A stretch of DNA of 63,038 nt, the filler included, from Octopus bimaculoides (Eukaryota), in NCBI RefSeq assembly GCF_001194135.2. It is 5 parts of 5 records of this genome, joined end to end, with 100 filler letters (N's around TTAATTAATTAA, not from the genome) between each part and the next. Parts side by side here need not be neighbours in the genome. Positions count along the whole stretch, not along the records: positions 33,671 to 59,673 come from NC_068993.1; 4 more parts are not named here. The stretch is one strand, 5' to 3'. Shown here in pieces: positions 40,995 to 53,037 of this stretch. The notes beneath the pieces were generated by a model that made no database searches, was not told the origin of the DNA, and saw nothing but the letters and a program-made list of their open reading frames with translations. The first letter of the stretch is position 1. Each line of letters starts with the position of its first letter. The position numbers were made by a program, and so were the translations under genes.

Positions 40995-41035
<41 letters not shown>
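40780..41035 (+). mobile_element. Probable LINE 3' end with (CAT)n tail (clade uncertain)
   Basis: GC-richer 200-bp block ending ...tggctttgaat(cat)n. Confidence 0.35.
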
Positions 41036-41075
<40 letters not shown>

Positions 41076-41078
41076 GAC

Positions 41079-41301
41079 AAAGGCGGCGAGCTGGCAGAAT
41101 CGTTAGCACGCCGGGCGAAATGCTTATCGGTATTTCGTCTGTCTTTATGTTCTGAGTTCAAGTTCCGCCGAGGACGACTTTGCCTTTCATCCTTTCGAGA
41201 TCGATAAATTAAGTACCAGTTGAGTACTGGGGTCTATGTGATCGACTGCACCTCTCTCCAGAAAACGCAGGCCTTTGCCTATAGTAGAAAGGATTATTAT
41301 T
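41079..41301 (+). mobile_element. OK-like SINE with attatgac TSD
   Basis: aggcggcgagctggcagaatcgttagcacgcc head; attatgac at 41071-41078 and 41302-41309. Confidence 0.9.
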
Positions 41302-41731
41302 ATTATGACTGCTGTTGTTTATTATGTTTATGACGTTGATCATTATAATCGCCATGAGGATATTGATGGTGAAAGAATTTGTTTTATTAACATAAATTTA
41401 CGCCAGTTGAATATATTGTCAAATCCAAATAACAAATCTTGTAATACCCAGCTGGAATATTATATACTACGTTAGTCTTAGATTGTGATTCAAATAGCGA
41501 AGCACAAAATATGTAATATAATTTGCTGTTTACTGGCAATCCACATTGAAATTATTAAGTAAGAGTTAGTTCCCTTGTTAACAGATTATTTCCCTTGCAT
41601 GCCTGGTAGACATTACATACAGATACATGACATTATTGTTGTCTCTTTTTCGGGTTTTCGTTTTCCTTTCATTTTACTTTCATTTCGCTTCGAGAGTAAA
41701 GTTGACTACAGGCTAAATAAAGATTACAGTA

Positions 41732-41793
<62 letters not shown>

Positions 41794-42233
41794 GTTGTTG
41801 TTTTTGTTTTTCTTCTTTCTTCAAATTTTCTTCCATTTCTCGCCGAGTGTTTTCCGTACACCTAGGGCAGAGAAACTCGTTGTATGCATTCCCAGTTTAC
41901 ACACACAAATTCACAGGTAAAACATGTATTTAAGAAAAAAAAAAATTCATGAATGGAAGTTGTTTTCACAGCGATAATGCTCTTCTCAGTACATGAGTCG
42001 TTCCAGTTAACACGATTTTTTGCACTTCTTGTAGGGATGGTAAGCCTGGTATCATTTTCAAATACGTTTCAGTACCTTTTTTTATCATTCCTAGAGATCC
42101 TACAATCACTGGTATGGTAGTCGCCTTCAGGTGCCACATTTTTTCAATTTCTATTAGCAAGTCTTTATATTTACTGATCTTGTCAAATTCTTTCGCCGCT
42201 ATATTATGATCAGAGGGAATACTCATGTCAATT
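41794..42233 (-). mobile_element. 5'-truncated R4/Dong-type element (RLE C-terminus and 3' UTR) flanked by (TAA)n on both sides
   Basis: IDMSIPSDHNIAAKEFDKISKYKDL..EIEKMW...IPVIVGSLG; (ATT)n at 41733-41793 and 42231-42286. Confidence 0.9.
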
Positions 42234-42246
42234 ATTATCATTATTA

Positions 42247-42277
<31 letters not shown>

Positions 42278-42286
42278 TATTATTAT

Positions 42287-42650
42287 GGCCGGATTCCAAC
42301 CTAGTCCGCACCCACAAAGTCCACCGCCACATTTCTCGGTCCAACATCGCTGCCTCGAGGTCCTGGATACATTTCAGGCCAGCGTCTGCAATCAGGTTGT
42401 CGATGTATGTCAACATTTTCCTCTTCTTGCATCACCATGGAGTGAATTCCACAAGACTAATTTGGATGTCTGCAGTTCGGGATGGCGCAAGCAGTGACCA
42501 GATAATCGCAGCCGTCTTTGTCTGATCTTCTCGCTAACTTTTGGCAGATCTCCATAAAGGTATTCGTTTGTCATATGCTGCTGCCATTTCACATTTAGAG
42601 CCATTCGTAAAATCCTTGTGCAGCAGCCATCGAGCCCGTTTGATAATTTA
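42287..42650 (-). mobile_element. 5'-truncated RTE LINE 3' end with (TAA)n tail
   Basis: LDGCCTRILRMALNVKWQQH.TN..LYG.LP.VS.KIRQRRLRLSGHC; TYIDNL...MLDREMWR. Confidence 0.9.
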
Positions 42651-42916
42651 AGGTAGTTTTTATTGTATCTTTTGTTAGATATTTTCGAGGTTGAGCAACA
42701 GTCTCGAGTTTCAAAAAAGTTGATTTTTCTGGGAAATATAAAGAAATGTATTAAATCAGCTGCAAAGGATTCAGCAAGTATAATCGCTGTACGCAACATA
42801 CGTATGTAGTAACGTTACGGAGACAAGATGAAATTCAATATTACGACGGTGCATTTGTGTGATGGCGGGGTGTGTTCTTGGTAATCAAATTTATTATTTC
42901 CATTTCAATAATTAGA

Positions 42917-43052
42917 CGCAAGCGTGGTTGTATGGTAAAAAGCATGCTTCCCAACCACACGGTTCCGGGTTCAGTCCCACTGAGTGAAACCTTGGGACGA
43001 CCAAAGCCTCGTCAGCGGATTTAGTAGATGGAAACTGAAAGAAGCCCGTCGT
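42917..43052 (+). mobile_element. 5' half of an OR-like SINE
   Basis: gcttcccaaccacacggttccgggttcagtcccact...aactgaaagaagcccgtcg. Confidence 0.85.
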
Positions 43053-44403
43053 GTATATATGTGAATGCATTTGTGCATGTATGTGCGCGTGTACGTGTGT
43101 GGGGGATGAAGTTGGTAAAATGGAGAAACATTATTTTGAATTGGTATTTCCTGAAGTATATAGCAGTAGAGTGAAATGCAAATCGGGAAGCAAATGTGGA
43201 GGTTACAGTTTGAGAGGCGGAAGATTTTGTGGACTATGCAATATACAGAATAATTCTTTGCGCTTGAGAGTAACGATTTCACGGGAGTTGCGACAATGAA
43301 TAAAAGTGGTCCCGTTTATAGGAGTAGCTGGATTTTTCTGGACATCCTAAGCCCCGTGATCTCTTCCTTAAATGATGCAACACATAAGTAAGTAAACTTA
43401 TGGAACTTAGTATTATAAGATTTGTTTGTATTTGAGATAAAGTGGGACAAAAGGATGGTCTCTGTTACCCGGTTAGCTGGTGTGAAAGACAAGTAGTATC
43501 AGGAATAGTTATCATCAAAACAGGGGAACTCTGAACAGCAAGTGAATGGGAAGTGTCAAGGGTCTGAGAAGTGAAAGGATTCATAATATATGAATGTGTT
43601 GTCGAAATAAAGTAGTAGTTAGGTGACCCGATTGGTACAGAATTGTTTGGTAGCGGTTGGGATTTAAGGTGTGAAAGAGATTAAGGGTGTTTCATACGTC
43701 TGTGTATCTATCAAGAGTTGGTTTGTACTTGGTGGGAGATAAAGGAACTATAGCTCAAGAACAATCACTAGCCACTAATTCTATCCACAAAAGCAACCCA
43801 GCTACTTATCAAAGCAGTCACCCAGCCGATAAAGGAGCTTCTATGCAAGTCTCATGACACGTTTTTAAACAGTTACACCTTTCGTACTATTTCAGGCGTT
43901 TCGGTTTAAATTTTAGGGCAAACAGTCTATAATAGACAAAATATCTATAAGCCGGACCCCCATAATTTTACACCGAGCTTTCCACTCTTCATCGTTCTAT
44001 AACCCTAACAATAACCATAAACATAATCCTCACTGAAACTCCATGCAAAGCACTTTGCTCAGGTCTTTCTCCTCAAAAGTACAAACCTTTGAAATTCTCA
44101 CTTTGCTCACGTTTTCGCTACAAATATAAATTCCCCTGTAAATCCTTATAAATTTATACTGAACAGCAATCATATTGACCTCACCACTTTGAGAAATCTT
44201 GAAAAGTTATCAGCCCTGCTCCTCTGACTTGGTCTAAATACCGTTTACAAAAAAATTAATTAAATAATAACAAGAAGAATGACAACAGTGTCAGTTTTGA
44301 ACAGAGAATCATTGAATTTCATTTTCTTAAATATCCTTTAAATAACGAAAGTTCTTACAGAAATAAAAAGGTAAATGGCATATGAAGCAGAAGCAGTTCT
44401 TCC

Positions 44404-44958
44404 TTATTTTATATTTCTAGCTTTTTGTTTAAGCATTTCCCCCAACAATTTATGTGGTTGTAAGTAGTCTCTTCTGCTATCAAACTGTCTCTCGCAACAT
44501 TTTCTGAAATATTCCACATAAAAACTTGATGGATTCCGTGGTTTCTTTTCTAATTTATCATCGACCACTTTTATTTCAAACGATGGTTGCAAACCATGCT
44601 TATCTGTTACAGAACTTACTTTGTAAGTCATTGCTGGTAAGATAAGTGTCTGGGATTTTAAGGTTTTGTTTGTCGGAGCATCATATACTTGAATGTCTTC
44701 TGATTTTATGAAACATGGTACTTTTGGTTTTTTACTAGATGAACTTGAACGATGTTCTTTCTCGAAATTCTTGACTGCCTCACCTGAACGAGAATTTTTA
44801 ACCTCTATCAATTGCAACTTATTTTCACTGAAACGAAAGTTATTCCACGCGAATTTTTTGTTGTCTTTGTAATAACTTAAATTCGTTGGAATATCTTTAG
44901 GGTGCCCAACATTCGGGCGCACACCAACAAGATACGTGTCTTGACTCAGGGAGTGCAT
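44404..44958 (-). CDS. Uninterrupted 184-aa ORF of unknown function (candidate intronless gene or large exon)
   Basis: Longest gap-free, non-repeat, non-TE-like ORF in the window; complex composition; in-frame TGA directly before the ATG; no family recognised. Confidence 0.55.
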   Translation of the reverse strand: MHSLSQDTYLVGVRPNVGHPKDIPTNLSYYKDNKKFAWNNFRFSENKLQLIEVKNSRSGEAVKNFEKEHRSSSSSKKPKVPCFIKSEDIQVYDAPTNKTLKSQTLILPAMTYKVSSVTDKHGLQPSFEIKVVDDKLEKKPRNPSSFYVEYFRKCCERQFDSRRDYLQPHKLLGEMLKQKARNIK

Positions 44959-44989
44959 TCAAATGGGACATTCAGATCGATAATGCAGT

Positions 44990-45050
44990 GTTGCTGCCTT
45001 ATTCCGGCATTCTATCACGTAACATAGAGCTATTATGACGTGTCAACTAA
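44990..45050 (-). promoter_or_regulatory. Possible proximal promoter motifs upstream of the 184-aa ORF (TGACGT CRE-like; TTACGTGA)
   Basis: atgacgtgtca near 45036-45046 and tcacgtaac near 45015-45023; short motifs only. Confidence 0.25.
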
Positions 45051-45265
45051 CTTTCCATCAGATCAAAATTTTTACATATTCTATAGCACTAAAGATGGCA
45101 ATTCGATGTATCTTTCATATTTCCAGTATCGACAAAATATGTTCAAATAATATATAGTAAACAGATTTGGTCGACAATATTCATACTCTGTTAAAACTTG
45201 ATTGTTGATGGTGAAATGTAACATGATTTGAAAAGCTGAATATTCTTCGATTAATATCAAAAAGT

Positions 45266-45845
45266 GGATCGTTTTTAAAACGGGGGCCACATTTTTCATT
45301 AACGAAACACTTTGAAACTTGGAAAACTGGTAGAATGTGTCATATAAAACATCTTTTTCTCTTATTCTTCTTTAAAAAAAAAGAAATCCATAAGTTATTC
45401 CATGTTAAAGTTGTCGTATTTCTGTAATTTCAACCAATCACTGACGTCCATTCAGCCGATATACATTAAGTGCCGACTACATAAACAAACGATTCTGAAA
45501 CAATTAACCCTAACCCTAACCCTAGGGTTAGGGTTAGGGTTAGGGTTAGGGTTAAAGCAAATTTAAAATGAAAAAAGCAAATAAAACGAAGGTATGGAGA
45601 TTAAATACGCTTTACATCGCTTAATCAGCCAAAGGAGTAAATGTAAACAACTGAATACTTGTTAGTGATTGGTTGAAATTATCGAAATAAGACAATTTTT
45701 TACATGAAATAAATTCGAATACAAAAATATTTTTCTGTTCTATAACACAAAATAGATAAGTATACGAAGTTTGAAAGTCTTTCCGTACCAAAAACACTAC
45801 GTAAAACATTAATGAAAAATGTGGCCCCCGTTTTAAAATAGATCC
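45266..45845. mobile_element. Foldback MITE (Merlin-like) with 37-bp TIRs, 8-bp TSD and central inverted telomeric repeats
   Basis: TIR ggatc..ttttaaaacgggggccacatttttcattaa at both ends (2 mismatches); TSD caaaaagt at 45258-45265 and 45846-45853; (TAACCC)3-TAGGG-(TTAGGG)4 at 45505-45551. Confidence 0.88.
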
Positions 45846-46074
45846 CAAAAAGTTCCCACCAAGATTTTCATTATTAAAACGTCGATCATATCATTTTATA
45901 GATACAAAATTTTCAACAGGGTAAATATCTATAAACTGGCAATCAGGCATCTTTTGCTTTTCCAGATTATTGAAATAATCCGTTCATTAAATACGTTCAT
46001 TAAAAATTTCCCCTAACCTACTTCCGAATGACTGGGATAAACAAAACTTGGCATAATTATCAGCCCTTCTTCTG

Positions 46075-47254
46075 TAAATAGCCACCATCAACGGTGACAC
46101 ACTTCTCTCATCGCTTTGTGCAGTTGTGAAGACCTAGTCTGCAGAAGTCGGTAGGGAGCGTTTGGGCGTAAGTTCATCATCATCCGAAAAGTGCTGCCCC
46201 TTCTAAAAAGACTTCATGTTTGGAAAGAGGTGGAAGTCAGATAGTGTGAGGTCGGGAGAGTAAGGGGGATGAGGAAAGATTTCATAGCTGCAGGAGTGTG
46301 CTTTCATCTGGGCAACATGCACCTTGTGAACTGGGGCGTTATCTTGGAGAAGGCAGACTCCTTTGGTCAGCGTACCACGCTTCTCTGCTTTGATGGCATC
46401 CCACAATTTCTGCAGCAGAGAAGCATAATAATTGTAGTGCCCTTTCCCAGAAAATCCATCATCACTTTTCTGCGTTGGTCCCAAAAGACTGTGAGCATCA
46501 TTTTGCCTGCTGAGGGTTGGACATGAGCCTTCTTTGGAGGTGGTGAGTTATCATGCTTCCATTGCTTCGACTGGACTTCACTCTCAGGATCATAGTGATG
46601 GACCCATGTTTCATCTTGTGTGATAAGTCTGCCGAAAAGTCCTTCTCGTTTTCTTTGCACATAACCAAAAGAGCCTGGAAGCAATTGACTCGTTCCTGCT
46701 TCTGAAAAGGTGTGAGCATCCGGGGAATCCATCGTGCAGACAACTTCCGCATGTGCAAATTGTCGAGAATGTTTTTGTTTTTTTCCTACGGACCTTTCAC
46801 TTATCTTCACTTCTTGGGCTAGTTGCCGAATAGTAATGCGGTGTTCTTCCAAAATGGCGGCTTCCATTTTATAGATGGTGTTGTCATCAATGGCAGAATG
46901 TGGTCATCCAGGAATAGGAGCAGTTTCCACCAATGTCCGACCACATTTGAACTGGCGATGCCAGTGCTTGACTGCGTCGTATGAGGGTGCATCGTCACCA
47001 TAAACTTTTCATCTCATCGAAAGCTCTATTGGTGTACGACCTTTCAAGTACAAGAACCTGATCACTGATCTACATTCAACTGCCTCCATTATAAACTTTA
47101 TTCCACATCAACAGCTGTAAAAGACAAACGAATACTAATGGAAAGTTGAAATTTACAATGTGGCATGTAGACACATGTATAGTTATACCTGTACAGGTTC
47201 CGTTTCCTGCAATAACCGAAAGTTGGTCAGGGAAAATTTAATGAACACCCCTTG
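46075..47254 (-). mobile_element. Near-full-length mariner transposase pseudogene; only the 5' TIR is visible
   Basis: WIPRMLT; LITQDETWVHHYDPE; LLQDNAPVH; PHPPYSPDLTLSDFHLFP; TIR caaggggtgttcattaaa with TA at 47255-47256; several frameshifts. Confidence 0.93.
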
Positions 47255-48599
47255 TAAGTTGACACAATATTTTATGGCTGTCTCATTGAATTTCGTATAT
47301 TTATAACAAATTTTATACTTTTTTATGAAATTATAGAAAGGAGCGATTGGGTTCCTCACCAGTATGTTCACTATGAGGCTGGAAGAATCAATGTGGTTTA
47401 TGTTCAACTTAAATGTATGGGAAAAGGTGGGTGGAAAGAACTTCCAACAGGCTGATATCCTGAGTAGGAAGAATCGGGGAAAAAGCAGATAGAGTAAGGA
47501 CATGGATGGTTAGACACTGTAGTAGTAATAACAGGAGGAGTAATAAGGTGTCGCGGAACTAGTATGTAGGGAGCTGGTTCAGAGAAGTGAAAACCGTTGT
47601 ACTAGACATAAAATGGGAAATATAAAGTGTGTTGTGCAATGAGGATTGCCAAGGAACATATTGCTAGATTTTAGTTAAAGGAAAATTTTCTCTGAAATAT
47701 AAGTATTTTTTGCCCGATCGAATATATCACATCATACAACTTTAACAAGTAAAACCTGTATCCAGTAAAGCCAGTAGTTTTGGACAATATTCCTTAGCTC
47801 CAAATATTTTTCATTTTATGTTTAAGTTTATGGTCTCGGCATACTTCACGTTAAAACTTTGAATGATCTGATCTCAATATGGATGCGCCCTTAACATACT
47901 TCTCAGCTACTCTATATTCAGCCTCACCTACAACATACACATACATCTCTCTCCTTTCTCTCTCCTCTCTCTCTATCTATCTATTAATCTAGCTAGCTAG
48001 CTAGCTATCTCGCGCGCGCTCAATCATCCGAGAAGCAAATAACCATAAAAGTACGAAAAAAATTTAATGGGTTCATTTTTTTAAAAAGAGTAAAACTTTT
48101 TAACGTATTTTAAAATGTCAACCAAAAGAGAATGAAAAAGGTAAAAAAAGAAAAAGGAAAGCGAGAGGTGAGCGAAAGAGAGTTGTTTAACTGATTTCAG
48201 TCACTGGGCTGTAGCCATGCTGTGATGGCAGAGACGTGATAATGTCTGTGATTGCCAATGGTATAGTAGCAAATTTAATGATGATAACATTATATCGCAT
48301 ATACTATATAGCATATATTATATAGCATATATTATATAGCATATATAATGAAAGCTATGATAGTGAAAACCGTGAGAGCGTTAGACAGACATAAAGAAAG
48401 ATATACGAGTAGAAAATGAGAATAGTGAGAAATACATACATACATACATTGTCTGACTGGAACTCCGTCGATTACGGCGACGAGGTTCCAGTTGATGCGA
48501 TCAACGGATCAGCCTTACGACTAAGCCACGCGCCTTCACAATGTGTGGGGGTGGGTACAGAGTGATGCAGAATGAGGTGGCTAGGCTACAATAGGAGTA

Positions 48600-49760
48600 G
48601 CTGCGAAACTGAAATAAATAATATTGAATCCATCCAAGGAAAGTAGTAATGTTCTGTATCAGCGAATAGTAAAAGAAAAAGTTCAGCTATTGGAAGTATT
48701 TTGTTCGCTGCGAGAAGGAAGTGAAATTTAATGTTTAGGGAAGAACTCTTTATCAGAAAAGCGGAAATGTCTGCTCTTATTGTAAGATAAGTAGATTAAG
48801 AATAGAAAGAACGAGAAAAGATATAACAGTGAAGAAGAATGAGGGGGAAGAGGAAAATACAGGAGGAATAGGGAGAGATAAGAGAGATTCAAGTTGTAGG
48901 AAAATGTAATTGTCAATGACTGATTCTATCAACTTTGAGATATTGAAAGTAAGAGAACTGAGTTATAACCGGCGACATCTGAGTAGTTTCCACTTTGGAA
49001 AATATACGTACGTCCAAAAATTTGGGTGGAAGCTTTTAGAAAGACAAATTGAAGGATCTGGCGAATAAAAAGAAATACAAGAGAGATTGTAACTTTATTA
49101 GTTTAAAGCAACGCAGAGGTGAATTCGCAATTGGAGCATATGCGTACACATTGATGTGTCTGGTAGAGTTTTAGCCACAATGCGCAATGTTGAGTTAGAA
49201 GTGAAGCAAGGTTACTTCGAGAGAGTACTGCTTTCAGAACCATTATATTTAGAAGTGGCGGAAAGGATGTATCCACAAAATTGACAGAGATTCGCTGAAC
49301 AAGGGAGAGAAAGAATAGACTACAGCTTAATTGCTGAAGCGGGATAACTTGAATACACAGAGGCATCCTCTGCATTCTGGATTCTGGTCTCGCAAAAGCT
49401 GCAGTCGCAGTTCCAGTCGTTGGTAAATACACTTTATAGTGAGTGATATATTTTTCAAACACTGTTGGCTGTGTTTTTGCAAGCTGTCTCAGCTAGGTGA
49501 AGAGTGAAGCGCCACACGCTGCCAGGAATAGTTGTCTTAGAACTGACAGAGTTTCAGCCTGTTCGTGTAACTGTTCATTCGCCAAAGGTGTATGTAGAGA
49601 ACTAAACTTAAAGTTACAAAAGAGGATTCTGCACAAGAAACATCCGTGTGGAATGAGTGTGAGAGCCAGTAAGCGCTGTGAACAGTGAAGTCACTGAGAA
49701 CGATAAGTTTAAAGGCAGATAAAGTGAGAATAGATGTAGTCGATGAGTTATTGGTTATTG
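48600..49760 (-). mobile_element. Old APE-type LINE remnant (endonuclease end and linker)
   Basis: LIVLSDFTVHSAYWLSHSFHTD resembles I.GDFN.HH..WL..S..TD; many stops. Confidence 0.45.
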
Positions 49761-50389
49761 AAGAGGTTTGGAGAACGATAGAAGATATATTTTCTTAGAA
49801 TGCATATCAAGGATTCTAATTCGGGTTTTGAAATGCAAACTCAGTAAAAGAATATCGACATAAATTTTGTTTAATAGAGAGTGTCAAGAACAATTGATTT
49901 TGTAAATCGAATTATCTCCTTTAAATATTTTTATGCAAAAGAGAATAAATGTAATATAAACTTTGTAAAACCGTCATCGTGACAGCTATGTGCCACAAAA
50001 CACATGCTAATCATCTTGCAATTCCTGAATTGCAACGAGTTGGTCTTACATAAATGAAATGACACTAGTTATACGGCACAACTGTTAACGGCAACCCAAA
50101 GCCACTCTACCAAAGCCACTCACCATGTTTTGGTCGGTTCAAGGCTATAGTAGAAGACACTTCATCCCAAACTATGTTTTAGTTTCTGTATAGGTGATAC
50201 AAATGTAACAATAATTATGAATGATTGTTTTACAAAGGTATAATAGAATCCTTGTTTTACGGAGTTATTTACTATCTTTGTCATTGAAAGATGACAGGAA
50301 AAGATTGAGATATCTATCTAGAATCGTTGAAGTGTTAAAATAATTGCGGCTTTTGTTTAGTACTTAAAAATTAAGTACTGTCCAGAGAA

Positions 50390-50617
50390 TTCATGGAACC
50401 GGTCATCCAGTTTCCATGGCGAATAAGTGACCGAAATTAAACTATTCCCTCAGAACGGAGCGCCAGTCCGTCGCAGAGTTATTCATTTTGCAACTAAGTT
50501 GGCCGGAGAAAAGTAAAGCGCAGTGTTTTACTCTAGAACACAACGCCTAGTCCTTGATATGAAACCATATTCTTGCGATCGTGAGTGCAGCATCCTAACC
50601 CCAAGGCCACGCACCTT
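50390..50617 (-). mobile_element. tRNA-derived SINE with V-domain-like core
   Basis: cagaacggagcgccagtccgtcgcag core; head gtgcgtggccttggggttaggatgctgcactcacgatcgc on the minus strand. Confidence 0.6.
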
Positions 50618-51239
50618 GAGACGAGGACACTACTAATGGAAAGTAGAAGAGGGTGCCAATGAAATCGACTTCAGTATTTCACTGATGTTTTAATTTTGCG
50701 GCATTCCAACGGTAGTTCAGCACTGAGAAAGGGTTTCGTCCTCTGTGCAACTGATTCTTCCCCCATTCACTGTTAATATCGACAATTATGATGATGATTT
50801 CTTTCATTGATACAGAGATACTAATACAAATATTGTTACTGTTTGTTCTCAATACACCAAGTAAGCGAGTAATCAAAGGCCTTCCAGCTATGACCAGCCT
50901 ATTTAAAGAATATCTGGAAGTATATCACCAAATGTGTTTTTTTTGTTAGGAGAGAGAGGGGGGTTGAGAAGACATGGCTGTTATTTCTCGTAGGCCAATG
51001 GATCATGTACAGCCTAATTCGTTGCATCTAGATGATGCAACAATTGATATGATAATACGATGCTAAACAACAACGCAACATGTATTTATTTTGATCGATC
51101 TTTGACCCCGAAGGATGAAGATAAAGTCGGCCACGACTGATTTCCAACTTAAAACGTTATTAAATTTTATAGTACATTTTGCTAAAACCCACCGCCAGAA
51201 ATTCTTCAGTTTTTAACTGATTTTTAGCAACAACAACAG

Positions 51240-51470
51240 CAGAAACAATAGCTTTCTAATAAAGCCACAAGGCCTGAAATCTGGCAGAGGAGGAAGTCGA
51301 TGTCATTGACCCCAGTACTTGACTGGTACTTTATTCTATCGATCCCAAAAGTATGAAAGGCAAAGTTGATCTCAGAGAGTTTTGAACTCAGAAAGAACGT
51401 AGAGAGGAAGAAATGCGACAAGATATATTTTCTAGCACGTTTTAACGTTTCCACCAGCTCACCACTACCA
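51240..51470 (-). mobile_element. OK-like SINE, degraded
   Basis: gaccccagtacttgactggtac...gaaaggcaaagttgatctc. Confidence 0.75.
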
Positions 51471-52180
51471 TCTCTCTCTCTCTCTCTCTCTCTCTCAAGA
51501 CTGATACTACTTTTGTTTAGTCTACATATCACAAAATAAGCTGTTACCATACCGGTTCTTATTCATAATGTACGTACCAAATATTAAAGTTTGAAAATCC
51601 ATAAATGAATAAAACTTATAGTAATTTATACTAATTTCTATGCTAATTTTTTCTCTCATTTTCCAAGATTTCTGCAAGATTTTTCCCAGCGTTTTCATCC
51701 AAATTAGTTGACATCCAATGTCAGATATATCATGAAACAAATTGTGTGATATGAAAGGTGCAAACTGAAAAGGATACAAATTATACAGATTATTATATGA
51801 ATTATTAATTAGATGTAAAATAGACACAAGTTGAAACACAAACAAGAGAACAGTAAATAGTTACAGGAAGTGAAATATACATTGAAATACAGGCTGAGGA
51901 AAATACTCAGGGATGCATGCTGCATGAAAGGTAAAGAGGGCGCTAATTAATTAAAAGGTCAAGTATACTAACGTTTAAGTTCATATAAGGTGCGTTTCGT
52001 TAAGCGTGTCGTGGGAGTGAGATATAGAATGAAGAAAGGGGAGAATAGTTAGATAAAACGTTTGTGGTATATGATATAAAGTGATGAAAGGGAATGAGAA
52101 CAAAAAGTACTGATATAGAGAGCATGTTGTATGCAACTTTCGTCAACTAGGCTTTAGTGGTTTGATATATGAATGATGAT

Positions 52181-52392
52181 AAAGCGACGAACTGGCAGAA
52201 TCGTTAGCATGCCGGACTAAATGCTTAGCGACATTTCGTCCGTCTTTTCATTGAGTTCAAATTCCACCGCGGTCAACTTTACCTTTCATCCTTTCTGGGT
52301 CCATAAAATAAGTATCACTTGAACACTGTGATCGATGTAATCGACTTCCTCCCTTCCTCCGACCTTGCTGGCCTTGTGCCAAAATTTGAAAT
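52181..52392 (+). mobile_element. OK-like SINE
   Basis: gcgacgaactggcagaatcgttagc head; gagttcaaattcc B-box. Confidence 0.85.
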
Positions 52393-52399
52393 CAGTATT

Positions 52400-52900
52400 T
52401 TAATAATGATATTACAGGATAACATATAAGATAGATAAGGAGCAACATAGAGAAAGAGGATGCGTGATGGGTAAAAGGTGACAGAAACTGCGTACTGTGT
52501 GCAAGATAGAGACCAGGTGAGTTACACATGAGGTAAGAGGTAATGAGTTGCGATTTGAAATATAGTGTATACTGTATGTAACATAGGTGGGTAGAATAAT
52601 TAATAAACTGTGAAAGAAGCTCGTGATGTGTGTATAACTGATAGAATGATCTACAAAGAGAAATAGAAAAGCATAATCTGATAAATTAAAAACCAGACTG
52701 TAATGTATGTAGGTTACAGTATGTGTGAATATACTACGTGTGGTTAGCATTGTGATCATTAGATACATCTATGCTGTAAGTACAGTAGACACGTAAGGAG
52801 ATATAGAGCGAGAATGTAATGGCGTAGTTTGATTGATTGTGAAATAATCTCTTTTCTGTATACAAGGCTGTGACATGGAAATGTCGAGAATGAGTGAAAT
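52400..52900 (-). mobile_element. Possible degraded Neptune-like Penelope relic
   Basis: ILDISMS (FLDISV-like) and TSCVTHLVSI (FTC.S..LVY-like) in broken frames; purine-rich plus strand. Confidence 0.35.
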
Positions 52901-52944
52901 AAATAGTGGATTAATTTTATAGTGTTGATTATACATTGATTTAA

Positions 52945-53037
52945 AATTTTGGCACAAGACCAGCAATTTCGGTGGTAAGTCGACTACATCGACGCCAATA
53001 CTCGGCGTGCTAACAATTCTACCAGCTCATCGCCTTA
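52945..53037 (-). mobile_element. Internally deleted OK-like SINE
   Basis: Head (gcgatgagctggtagaattgttagcacgcc) joined almost directly to the tail. Confidence 0.7.

Noticed and set aside
43400-43750. Purine-rich tracts (also about 47270-47600 and 51850-52130) as Penelope relics
   Set aside because: Strand bias is suggestive but I could not recover diagnostic motifs.
45505-45554. Telomere-telomere fusion scar
   Set aside because: Orientation is (CCCTAA)n then (TTAGGG)n, the reverse of a fusion, and it lies inside a TSD-bounded element.
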